Source of the DNA: an uncultured Fibrobacterota bacterium | Lineage (GTDB): Bacteria; Fibrobacterota; Chitinivibrionia; Chitinivibrionales; FEN-1185 | Assembly: GCA_963729895.1 (NCBI GenBank) | Contig: CAVSQB010000016.1 | Location: forward strand, 86,734-150,733 | DNA length: 64,000 bases | Direction of reading: 5' to 3' | Shown: positions 47,774 to 56,591 of the stretch, piece by piece | Position numbering within the stretch: the first letter of the stretch is position 1 | Layout of the letters: each line of letters starts with the position of its first letter | The notes under the pieces: generated by a model | The model's database searches: none | Seen by the model: the letters and a program-made list of their open reading frames with translations, nothing else | What the model was told of the DNA's origin: nothing | Position numbers and translations under genes: made by a program

Positions 47774-49606
47774 CTAGCGTTTTTGGGCAGTGATCGCCAT
47801 GAATTCCCTGTCGTTCCGCAAGATCGAAAGATCGCTGTCTTTTTTCCAAACCGCAAAATCTCCGAACCCGTACGACACCGCTTTTTTGAGCCATGACAGC
47901 GCCCCGATTTTATCCTGTTTGAGCGAACAACATTCCGCGATTCGCCAGCAGGACTTGGCAGCAAGCCGTTGCGACTCCGCTGCGTTCTTATAATCGGCAA
48001 TTGCCGAATCGCATTTCCCCAGCGCTTTGTAGGCGTTTCCACGATGCAGGTGAGCATAGCGGTCATCCGGTTTCAGCCTTATCGCATCATTGAAATCTTT
48101 GAGCGCCAACTCAAAACGTCCGGTTTGATTGTACATAAGGCCCCTGCCGAAATAGGCGTGCTCCCGGGCACCGCCGTATTCCATCGGCGATATCAGAGCT
48201 ATGGCCTGGGTGTACAAGACGATGGCGCTGTCGTATTTCAGTAAATCACCAAAGGCGAGCGCCTTATTGATAATGGCAAGAGGGTGTTTGGGGGACAGGA
48301 CAAGAGTGCTGTCGTAGTCTGCTATGGCTTTGTCGAGTTCCCCCTTCTGGTAATACACGATCCCGCGGCCAAAGTACGCGTTCGCGAAATGAAGAATCGG
48401 GTCGTAGGGATAAGAATTGGTGCCGCGTGCAATGGCGGCGGTGTAATCGTCAAGGGCTTCATTGAATCTGCCAAGGGATTTGTAGGTGGCTGCTCTCTTG
48501 CTGTAGGCATCGGCATAGGACGGGTTGATTCGTATGGCAAGGGTGTAGTCTTCAAGTGCACCCTTGAAGTCTTTATGCAGTTCGCGCGTGACTGCACGGT
48601 TTGTGAGCGCTTCAACGCATGAACTGTCGAGAGATATCGCATTTGTGTACTCAGCCATGGCGCTGTCGTACTGCGACTTGATATATTGCGCGGGATTAGG
48701 GATCTTCATAACGTCCGTGTACCGGGGGTTGGCGGCAAGGTCCGAACTGTAATAGTGGACCGAACCAAGTGAATTGTGGACCCCGGCATTACGAGGGTCT
48801 ATCGCAAGCGCCGCCCTGTACATCAAGCCGGCGGAGTCCAGGAGCCCCACGTACAGGAATACGTCGCCGATTCCCGCCAGGGCGCGGGCATTGTGGGGAT
48901 TTATCTTGAGCGCCTGCCTGAATTCCGCCATGGCCTTGGCATGGTCTTGCACCTTGAAGGAATTGCCTCTGATTACATGCGCACTTTCTTCTTCGGCAAG
49001 GCCTTCGCGAGCGTCAAGTTGCGTCCGCGGATTAGGCGCCGCTGAATCGACCGAAGAGGTATTGCGTTGGGGGCTTGCGTTGCCGCGGGCTGTTTTCTGA
49101 AAGGCGGCGGCTTCAGATGGTGGTGGGGTTATGTGATCTCCGGCTTGAGCATTCAGGCGGACGCCGGACGGCGGGTTGAACAGGGTTGCGCCCCGGTTGG
49201 CGGCGAGGCGCTTGAAATCGATCCTCTGAACCTCGTTCCGATTTCCCCCGCCCGCCTCTTCCACTCCTTTTACTTCGGGCGTTGCAGGCGGCTCGCGCCC
49301 GCGCATGAGCTTTGCCGTTCGATGTTCCGGAATATGTCTGAAGAAATCCGAGGCGACCTTTGTTTCGTGCATCGTGCTCAGATGCGCCCCGAACACCGCC
49401 CCTATCACGAGGGCAATCGCCTCAACCGAACGGAACCGCTGTTCTTTGTCAACAAGAAAGACGTCGTTTCGATTTGTTAATGCTTGTGCGTACTCACTAT
49501 CACTCAGGATCCGCCCGGTTTCTTCTTCCTCCTCCTCAGCATCTTTGGCGACTTGAAACATCGTTTCGTTTGTTCCATCGTCAGGTTGCTTCCGCCCGGC
49601 GCGCAA
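47774..49606 (-). CDS. Large TPR-repeat protein with an N-terminal membrane anchor
   Basis: Many canonical TPRs (AYFGRG, AIADY) and a terminal LKKAVSYGF...DSDLSILRND motif. Start uncertain. Confidence 0.85.
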   Translation of the reverse strand: MRAGRKQPDDGTNETMFQVAKDAEEEEEETGRILSDSEYAQALTNRNDVFLVDKEQRFRSVEAIALVIGAVFGAHLSTMHETKVASDFFRHIPEHRTAKLMRGREPPATPEVKGVEEAGGGNRNEVQRIDFKRLAANRGATLFNPPSGVRLNAQAGDHITPPPSEAAAFQKTARGNASPQRNTSSVDSAAPNPRTQLDAREGLAEEESAHVIRGNSFKVQDHAKAMAEFRQALKINPHNARALAGIGDVFLYVGLLDSAGLMYRAALAIDPRNAGVHNSLGSVHYYSSDLAANPRYTDVMKIPNPAQYIKSQYDSAMAEYTNAISLDSSCVEALTNRAVTRELHKDFKGALEDYTLAIRINPSYADAYSKRAATYKSLGRFNEALDDYTAAIARGTNSYPYDPILHFANAYFGRGIVYYQKGELDKAIADYDSTLVLSPKHPLAIINKALAFGDLLKYDSAIVLYTQAIALISPMEYGGAREHAYFGRGLMYNQTGRFELALKDFNDAIRLKPDDRYAHLHRGNAYKALGKCDSAIADYKNAAESQRLAAKSCWRIAECCSLKQDKIGALSWLKKAVSYGFGDFAVWKKDSDLSILRNDREFMAITAQKR

Positions 49607-49627
49607 CGGGAATCCTTCCCGGAGGCT

Positions 49628-50167
49628 TTATTTGAGCATCTGCATCTCTTTCACCGCGTTTCTGTAGAAAAGCACGAGGCTGTTCTTGATATTGAGCGAA
49701 AACCAGCCCGGCGAGCCCGGAACCATGGCGAGAATGCCGATGTAAAACTTCCCTGCATTCGAAATGACCCGTACCTGTTGCCCCACAAAGTTCTGGGGTA
49801 TCGGGTCTGTTCCGGAGGTGAAACTTGCAATACTTCCCTGGGCTTGCCTGAAATCCCAATAGGCGATGTCGCCTTTGAATTCGGACCAGTAGAACGCGAC
49901 TTCGCCGGGCGTCATTGAACGCTGGAAACCATTGGTAAAGTGTATGGTGCCGCTTGTCGCGGTCCCGCCCGCGTCAACGGTCATTTCGAGGTCCGATTCT
50001 ATCTTCAGATAGGTGGCGGGATTTGCATAGGCCATCGAGGCCGCCTTTCCGTCGGCGCCCGGCGAGATTTTCCATTTGTCAAAATCGCGCTGGGCCAGCG
50101 CCGGCTGGACGCAGGCGACAAGCGCCATCGTAACCGCAACAGCCGCACCGTGCATCGTACGTGACAT
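49628..50167 (-). CDS. Exported hypothetical protein, paralogue A (Sm-like C-terminus)
   Basis: Signal peptide (PALA|Q). Collinear with 52571..53107 over its whole length. Confidence 0.8.
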   Translation of the reverse strand: MSRTMHGAAVAVTMALVACVQPALAQRDFDKWKISPGADGKAASMAYANPATYLKIESDLEMTVDAGGTATSGTIHFTNGFQRSMTPGEVAFYWSEFKGDIAYWDFRQAQGSIASFTSGTDPIPQNFVGQQVRVISNAGKFYIGILAMVPGSPGWFSLNIKNSLVLFYRNAVKEMQMLK

Positions 50168-50251
50168 ATCCTTCCCCCCTCGCGATTGGAAGTGACAAAA
50201 CGGGTCTGCCCATTTTCCCTCGATCTCGGGTCTTTGTCAAATATACAATTG

Positions 50252-50277
50252 GACGGAAATTCGCCGTTACTGGTTAC
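50252..50277 (-). promoter_or_regulatory. Possible ECF-type promoter (AAC-N17-CGTC)
   Basis: Minus strand GTAAC-17 nt-CGTC upstream of 50167, divergent from the ECF sigma gene. The motif is short and could be chance. Confidence 0.3.
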
Positions 50278-50558
50278 TGCTTTTCCGGTGCCGGTTCGTG
50301 GTTCACTCAATCCTCTTTTGCGAATGCGAAGATTATGTATTTTACAACAACGTTCAACGGATCAAGTCCCCAAGACCGTACCGGAGCGCGACTTCCGGAA
50401 TTTGCGGACGTGATCTCCGACAGATTCGCAACAGGAACCTTGGGGAGATAAGGACGCGTTTTACCGCCCGCTTGTTTAAGGAATTTGGGTTGCACAACAT
50501 TTTTTCCACCTTAACGTCGCCCTTGCAGAAACCTTTTTCCCGGGGCAAGGTCTTATCT

Positions 50559-51131
50559 TTGAGTGTCGACAACTCGGTCACAGATGATCTCGTACTTCGC
50601 AGCCGGCAGGGAGACAAGCAAGCCCTCGGCGATCTGCTTATTTCCTTTGCAGGAATGATTCAGGCCGTGTCCGGCCGTATGAGCAGGGACCGTCAACTGC
50701 AGGAGGATATCTTTCAGGAAGTGGTACTGCGCGTCATCCGGAGTATAAAAGATTTTAAGGGAGCGTGCAAATTCAGCACCTGGCTCTATCGGATAACCGT
50801 CAATGTCACTCTTACCATTCTGTCAAGGGAAGGGTGGTACAGGAAAATGGCGGGCCTGGATGAGATCCCGGAGCACTGCATGCAGGACAACGGCCATATC
50901 GAGGAAGCCGTCGAAAGAAAAAGGCTGCTCGGCCATGCCATGACGGTCGTAGAAACCTTGTCGATGGAAAACAGGGAAATCTTTTCGCTGTTTTACTTTG
51001 CAGATGCAAGCGTGGACGAGATTGCCGGGCAGACAGGCAAGAGCAAGAACGCGGTGAAGGCGATTCTTTTCAAGGCCCGAAGGGCGATTGCCAAGGACAT
51101 GAGAAGAAAAGGACTTTTGGCACGCATATGA
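50559..51131 (+). CDS. ECF RNA polymerase sigma factor
   Basis: GDKQAL, EDIFQEV, FSTWLYRITVN and region 4 EIAGQTG...AVKAILFKAR. TTG start inferred. Confidence 0.9.
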   Translation: MSVDNSVTDDLVLRSRQGDKQALGDLLISFAGMIQAVSGRMSRDRQLQEDIFQEVVLRVIRSIKDFKGACKFSTWLYRITVNVTLTILSREGWYRKMAGLDEIPEHCMQDNGHIEEAVERKRLLGHAMTVVETLSMENREIFSLFYFADASVDEIAGQTGKSKNAVKAILFKARRAIAKDMRRKGLLARI

Positions 51132-52522
51132 TATGCCCTATAAACAAGCGGCACATTTACCTGCTGTGCGACGGCCTCCTGGACGGTGATGAAAAAGCCG
51201 AAGCGGAAGCACACCTCAAGGCATGCGTCCGGTGCAGCGCGGTTTTTGCGGAGGCTTCCGGTGTTCTTGCCCTGCTCAAACAGCCCCCTGACCAAGGAAC
51301 CGGGATTCCAGGGACAAGGGTCGAATCCATCATTTCGCGGGCCATGGCGGCCGGGAATGCGGTTCCGGCTGCCGGGCATCACCCACGATTCACGTTCGCC
51401 TTTTATGCACGTTGGGCAACGGCAGCCGGATTCGCACTTCTTTTCGTTTCCGGCCTTTTTCTGTTCAATAGCAGCCGCAACAATAGAAACGCCGGACCTG
51501 CAGCGGCACACATTCCCGGAAATCCGTCATCGGCGCTCATCGCCACATCGGTAAACGACACCACCGTTTGGTTCAACAAAATGTGCGCTCTGCGCGCCGA
51601 AAAGAACTCAACGGTTTCCTTTTTGCAACAAAGTGCCCGAGTGGTATACTTCCGCCTGAGCCAAGGCAGCATCCTCGTTGCAGCTCACAAGGGCCTGTAC
51701 GACACCATCGCCGTGCAGTGCGCTGCCGTTACCGTTTTCGCGACCGGTACTCATTTTTCCGTGGAGCGCGCGGGGACCGACGTGCACGTGGCCGTTATGG
51801 AAGGAACGGTCAGGCTCGTCGATGCTCGAACAAACGGGCCGATGGTACTCTCGTGCGGAGAATTGTGCGTTGTCCACGATGCCGCCGGCCAGTGGGAAAA
51901 AGGTCCCATGCCTCTGTCCCTGCGAAAACGGCTGGCATCCAACTTTGAGACGTTGAGTCCGGCCGATTTCTCCCCCAGCCTGGCCACGGCCGGGGGTTCC
52001 TATTCTCAACGGAAATCCGGCTTTGGGGAACACCGCGCGGAGAATTACGGCTTTCAGCACGTTCGCTCGCACATTCGCCGCGGCGAGTACGACAGTGCGA
52101 TTGTCGATATCGTCAACTATCTTGCAGGGGACACAGCCGACCGGGACATTGCCTATTGCGATCTCGCGCTCTGTTACGGCAAGATCGAGCGATGGGAAAG
52201 CGCGGTTCAAGCGTACGGGAAAGCGGCCGCTTCAACAAAGGACAGCCTCGTCGCCGAGGCTATCCTGCACAGGACCAACAGCATTCTCTTTTCAAAACTG
52301 GCCAGGAACGCCGAAGCCGAAAAGGGGATTCGCGAGTATCTGGCGAAGTATCCGCTCGGGGCATGGCGGGAAAGAGAATACGGCATGCTTGTGCGCATCC
52401 AGATGGCGCAGAATCGTTCCGCTGAAGCGCGGCAAACCGTGGATCGTTACGGAGAGGAATTTCCCGCTTCATGCAGCGTTGAGGAAATGAGGCTGGAACT
52501 GGCAGGACGCAGCGGCAGGTAG
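51128..52522 (+). CDS. Anti-sigma factor: zf-HC2, TM, FecR domain and TPR
   Basis: HLKACVRC (HxxxCxxC), a TM segment, FecR motifs (L.QG, ATGTHFSV, VAVMEGTV), and C-terminal TPRs (YLAKYPLG). Confidence 0.88.
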   Translation: MICPINKRHIYLLCDGLLDGDEKAEAEAHLKACVRCSAVFAEASGVLALLKQPPDQGTGIPGTRVESIISRAMAAGNAVPAAGHHPRFTFAFYARWATAAGFALLFVSGLFLFNSSRNNRNAGPAAAHIPGNPSSALIATSVNDTTVWFNKMCALRAEKNSTVSFLQQSARVVYFRLSQGSILVAAHKGLYDTIAVQCAAVTVFATGTHFSVERAGTDVHVAVMEGTVRLVDARTNGPMVLSCGELCVVHDAAGQWEKGPMPLSLRKRLASNFETLSPADFSPSLATAGGSYSQRKSGFGEHRAENYGFQHVRSHIRRGEYDSAIVDIVNYLAGDTADRDIAYCDLALCYGKIERWESAVQAYGKAAASTKDSLVAEAILHRTNSILFSKLARNAEAEKGIREYLAKYPLGAWREREYGMLVRIQMAQNRSAEARQTVDRYGEEFPASCSVEEMRLELAGRSGR

Positions 52523-52570
52523 CGCTCCCCCGGGCTTCGGCATTCCGCCCGCGGGCCCCCGGAAGCGCCG

Positions 52571-53107
52571 CTACTTGATCGCCTGGATTTCTTTTACTGC
52601 CTTCCTGTAAAAGAGTATTCTGTTTCCCTTGATAGTGAGCGCAAACCAGTCAGGCGTGTTGGTGTTTTGCGACAGAACGCCCGTAAAGTACTTTCCTTCC
52701 TTTGAAATAACCCGAACCGTGCGCCCGAGAAAACTAAACGGGATCTGTTCCGATTCGGAGGTAAAGCTGTTGATCTTCCCCTGGGCCTGAGTGTAGTCCC
52801 AATAGGCGTCGGCGCCCTTGAGCAGGGACCAGTAGAAATCGACCTCTTCGGCCGACATGCCGCGGTGAACTCCTGTCTTGAAAGTGACCATAGCCTTTGA
52901 GGGCACGCCTGCATTGTCAACCTGGTAATCCATCTCGGACTCGATGTTGAGCGGAGTCGCCGGATTCGTGACGACCATGGCGAACGAGTTCCCGTCGGTT
53001 GCAGGAGTGATTTTCCAGTTGCCGAAGGTCTGTTGCGCGTTGAGCGGAAGGTTGAGCAGCACCACAGCACAGAATCCGGCAAACGTCACCTTGATTGCGC
53101 CTGTCAT
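52571..53107 (-). CDS. Exported hypothetical protein, paralogue B (Sm-like C-terminus)
   Basis: AGGAGG RBS and signal peptide (PLNA|Q). Paralogous to 49628..50167. Confidence 0.8.
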   Translation of the reverse strand: MTGAIKVTFAGFCAVVLLNLPLNAQQTFGNWKITPATDGNSFAMVVTNPATPLNIESEMDYQVDNAGVPSKAMVTFKTGVHRGMSAEEVDFYWSLLKGADAYWDYTQAQGKINSFTSESEQIPFSFLGRTVRVISKEGKYFTGVLSQNTNTPDWFALTIKGNRILFYRKAVKEIQAIK

Positions 53108-53399
53108 GGTTCCTCCTTATAGGAATGGCGGTCCTCGCCTATATGGAAAATAAGATAGAATTGCCTTGGGAGTGAAATGTTTTCGTGAGAATCTTGCACT
53201 GGGCATGAAGATATAATGTCGGTTTGCTGGGCCGGTGCGGCGTGGGTGTACCTGCTGCGAGCCCGAACCTTCTGTTGCGCGCACCGTACCGGCACCCGGT
53301 TGCAAAATTCTCAACCGAACTAACTCGTCAACTTTTCATCCTTTAGTAACTCGATCTATCTTGACAATTGTGGACATTGCCTTCTGCCAAACACCAGGC

Positions 53400-53497
53400 C
53401 GGACTGGAAGGTGAGCCAAAGCGCAGTGCCGGCCGACGACCCTTGTGACCCTTGGAAATCCCTGACGAGGGGGAAGCACCCGAAGGGAACGCCCAAA
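53400..53497 (-). repeat. REP-like intergenic element, family B copy 2
   Basis: Reverse complement begins TTTGGGCGTTCCCTTCG and ends CGGCCGGCACTGCGCT..CACCTTCCAGTC, like 43318-43454. Confidence 0.6.
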
Positions 53498-53511
53498 TTT
53501 CTTATTGATTC

Positions 53512-55095
53512 TCAATAATAAACTTCCAAGTCATCAAATAACTGGCTCGAAAAAAGAATTTTCCGGAACTTCACCAGATCGTCGTGAAACACGCGGGTGT
53601 TGTCGTACACCGAAAAATCTTTCTTGAGCTCGGTATAAATGTTGGTGGTCCCTCTGCCCATCGTTGACGCATTGCGAAACGAAAGGGCCTGCAACTGGGC
53701 AAGCACTTCGAGAGTAAGAACGTGCTTCGCGTTGCTGACGCACTTGAATGCCTTGCGCGCCGCAACCGTTCCCATGCTCACCACGTCCTGGTTCGATGCG
53801 TTGCACGAAATCGAGAGCGTGCTCACCGGGTTGGCAAGTTGCCGGTTTTCGGCCGTCGTCGAAGTAGCCAGGTATTGCGCTCCCATGAACCCCATGGTGA
53901 GGCCCACGGTGCCCGAAATAAGGTGTTCCGGCAGGCCTTCGTTGAGGTTCTTATCGAGCAACTTGTTGAGACGGCGTTCCGAAAGCGTGCACAGCTCGGC
54001 CACTGCAATGCACAGCATGTCGGAAGCAAACCCGATGCTCTGACCGTGAAAATTACCGCCGTGAATAATCTTCTTTTTTTCCGGTATTATGATCGGGTTG
54101 TCGTTGGAGGAATTCGCCTCGGTTTCCACGGTCTTCACTGCCGCGTCCACGGCTTCGGCAACCGGCGCAAGAATCTGGGGAGTGCACCGGATGGAATAAA
54201 CGTCCTGTACATTGATGCTGGTCTCAAAAACCCGGCCTTCGGTGCGCTGGCGGCGGATGCTTTCGTGCATGTCACTTCGAAGGGTAATGTTTTTCGAGCC
54301 CGCATACAGGTTCCGAATGATGCCGGCGATTTTTTTCTGCCCCGGGTGCGGTTTCACTTCATGGAGGTCCTCGTCGAACGCGTCGTCGATGCCGCCGAAG
54401 ATCTCGATGGCGAACGCTGCATTGACACATGCGATTCGAAGGAGCTTCTTGGCGCCGAACAGCGCGAACGCGGCAATGGCCGTCATGGCGCTCGTGCCGT
54501 TCATGATGGCAATGCCCTCCTTGTAGCTGAGACGCATGGGCGAAAGGCCGGCCCGGGCAAGCGCGTCCGCGGCATCGCACAACTCCTTTTTGTGAAACGC
54601 CTTGCCCTCGCCTATGATCGCGAGCGCCACGTGCGCAAGGTGCACAAGGTCGCCCGACGCGCCCACGCTCCCGCATTCCGGCACGTACGGCGCGATGCCC
54701 GCGTTCACCATGGCGGCCATGAACCCTACCAGTTGGGTGCGCACGCCGGAGTATCCTTTGACAAGCGTGTTGAGCCGGACGGCAAGCACGGCGAGGGCAA
54801 TGTACGGTTTAAGGGGGTCGCCCAAGCCCGCGGCATGGCTCCTGATCAGGTTGATCTGCAGCGCTTCGATGTCGCTGTCGCTGATGATCTTGTTGCACAT
54901 GGGGCCGAACGACGTGTTGACGCCATAGATGATCCGTTTGGCCTCGATCTCTTCGGTGAGGAACGCCCGCGACGCTTCGCACCGCTTGAGCGCGGCGGGG
55001 TCGATCTCGACTCGTTTGTCGCCGATGCCGATGGCGACGATGTCCTCTACGGTAAGGTCGTTGCCGGTGAGCACCACTGCGGGGCGGTTGTCCAT
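53512..55095 (-). CDS. Aromatic amino acid ammonia-lyase (MIO enzyme; TAL/PAL/HAL family)
   Basis: GSVGASGDL MIO motif, YGVNTSFGPM, QINLIRSH, QDVYSIRC, DNP, GGNFHG and NQDVVSMG. Confidence 0.93.
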   Translation of the reverse strand: MDNRPAVVLTGNDLTVEDIVAIGIGDKRVEIDPAALKRCEASRAFLTEEIEAKRIIYGVNTSFGPMCNKIISDSDIEALQINLIRSHAAGLGDPLKPYIALAVLAVRLNTLVKGYSGVRTQLVGFMAAMVNAGIAPYVPECGSVGASGDLVHLAHVALAIIGEGKAFHKKELCDAADALARAGLSPMRLSYKEGIAIMNGTSAMTAIAAFALFGAKKLLRIACVNAAFAIEIFGGIDDAFDEDLHEVKPHPGQKKIAGIIRNLYAGSKNITLRSDMHESIRRQRTEGRVFETSINVQDVYSIRCTPQILAPVAEAVDAAVKTVETEANSSNDNPIIIPEKKKIIHGGNFHGQSIGFASDMLCIAVAELCTLSERRLNKLLDKNLNEGLPEHLISGTVGLTMGFMGAQYLATSTTAENRQLANPVSTLSISCNASNQDVVSMGTVAARKAFKCVSNAKHVLTLEVLAQLQALSFRNASTMGRGTTNIYTELKKDFSVYDNTRVFHDDLVKFRKILFSSQLFDDLEVYY

Positions 55096-55120
55096 GGATT
55101 TGCTCCTTAATTAAAAACGT

Positions 55121-55201
55121 TCACCGCAAAGACGCAAAGGCCGCAAAGTGAAATCAAAATATTATTCCTTCCTCTTTGCGTTCTCTGCGCCTTTGCGGTG
55201 A
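55121..55201. repeat. Long imperfect inverted repeat built from CGCAAAG units (REP-like hairpin)
   Basis: TCACCGCAAAGACGCAAAGGCCGCAAAG, an AT-rich loop, then CTTTGCGTTCTCTGCGCCTTTGCGGTGA. Confidence 0.8.
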
Positions 55202-55220
55202 GTCTTTTTTAACAAGACAG

Positions 55221-55249
55221 AAAAGGGCATAGACGCCGCCTATGCCCTT
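55221..55249 (-). terminator. Likely intrinsic terminator after metK
   Basis: Minus strand AAGGGCATAG-loop-CTATGCCCTT followed by TT, i.e. a short U tract. Confidence 0.55.
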
Positions 55250-55273
55250 ATGCCATATCCTGCAATGCCGCCT

Positions 55274-56446
55274 TTACTTGAGCTTCGCGGCTTTCCTGAT
55301 CTTGTCCACCATATCAAGCTTCTCCCATGTGAAGTTTGCGAATTCGCGGCCGAAGTGGCCGTTGCGCGCGGTTTCGCGGTAGATGGGACGGCGGAGCCTG
55401 AGGGTCTCGATGATCGCCGCGGGGCGAAGATCGAATACCTTTTCCACGATGCGGCTGATCTTGTCGTCCGCCATGATGCCGGTGCCGTAGGTGTCCACGA
55501 AAATGGAAATCGGCCTTGCGACGCCGATAGCGTAGGAAACCTGGATCCGGCACTTTTTTGCAAGGCCTGCGGCGACAAGGTTCTTGGCGATCCAGCGCGC
55601 CGCGTACGCCGCGCTCCGATCCACCTTTGTGGGGTCTTTGCCGGAAAACGCGCCGCCGCCGTGGCCGCCGTGGCCGCCGTACGTGTCAACGATGATTTTC
55701 CTCCCCGTAACGCCGCTGTCGCCATGCGGTCCGCCGATTACGAAACGTCCGGTGGGATTGATATGATATACTGTATTTTTGTCAAGAAATTTTGCCGGGA
55801 TGACTTTCTTGATGATCTTCTCGATCATGTCTTTCCTGATTGTGCCGTACGCCACGTCGGGCGCGTGCTGGGTTGAAATCACCACGGTATGAACGCGGAC
55901 AGGCTTATCGTCTTCGTACTCCACGGTCACCTGGGACTTGCTGTCGGGCCGCAAATACGGAATGAGCTTCTTTTCCCTGGCGGCGGTGAGGTATTCCACC
56001 AGCCTGTGCGCAAGATGGATTGTGAGGGGCATGTACGTTTTGGTTTCGTCGCACGCGTACCCGAACATCATTCCCTGGTCGCCTGCCCCCTGTTCCTTGT
56101 GCAATCCTTGACCTGCGGTAACGCCCTGGGAGATATCGGGAGACTGTTTGTCGAGCGTCACCATGATGCCGCAGCTCTGCGCCTCAAATCCGAGGTCCGG
56201 GTCGTTATAGCCGATTTCGCCGATGGTCTTCCGCACCACGCCGGGGATATCCACAATCGCTTTACTGGTGATTTCTCCCGCAACAACCACGAGGCCGGTG
56301 GTCACCAGCGTTTCGCAGGCGACGCGTGAATACGGATCCTGTGCAAGCATCGCGTCGAGAACCGCATCGGAGATCTGGTCGGCCACTTTGTCCGGATGCC
56401 CCTGCGACACGCTTTCCGACGTAAACAGGTACTTCATCGATTCCAC
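55274..56446 (-). CDS. metK: S-adenosylmethionine synthetase
   Basis: [30 protein letters not shown] and [16 protein letters not shown]. Confidence 0.98.
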   Translation of the reverse strand: MESMKYLFTSESVSQGHPDKVADQISDAVLDAMLAQDPYSRVACETLVTTGLVVVAGEITSKAIVDIPGVVRKTIGEIGYNDPDLGFEAQSCGIMVTLDKQSPDISQGVTAGQGLHKEQGAGDQGMMFGYACDETKTYMPLTIHLAHRLVEYLTAAREKKLIPYLRPDSKSQVTVEYEDDKPVRVHTVVISTQHAPDVAYGTIRKDMIEKIIKKVIPAKFLDKNTVYHINPTGRFVIGGPHGDSGVTGRKIIVDTYGGHGGHGGGAFSGKDPTKVDRSAAYAARWIAKNLVAAGLAKKCRIQVSYAIGVARPISIFVDTYGTGIMADDKISRIVEKVFDLRPAAIIETLRLRRPIYRETARNGHFGREFANFTWEKLDMVDKIRKAAKLK

Positions 56447-56591
56447 CTTTCAGGAGATTGATTTATGATAAACTCTTGGATTTTCCGGATAATGACGGAT
56501 AGCGGATTGACTAAAATACTATTTCCCGGCCGCGGCGGACAAGGGTATTGGAGGATTGCCGCGGGGAGACGATTTCCAAGTGATGCGCCCC

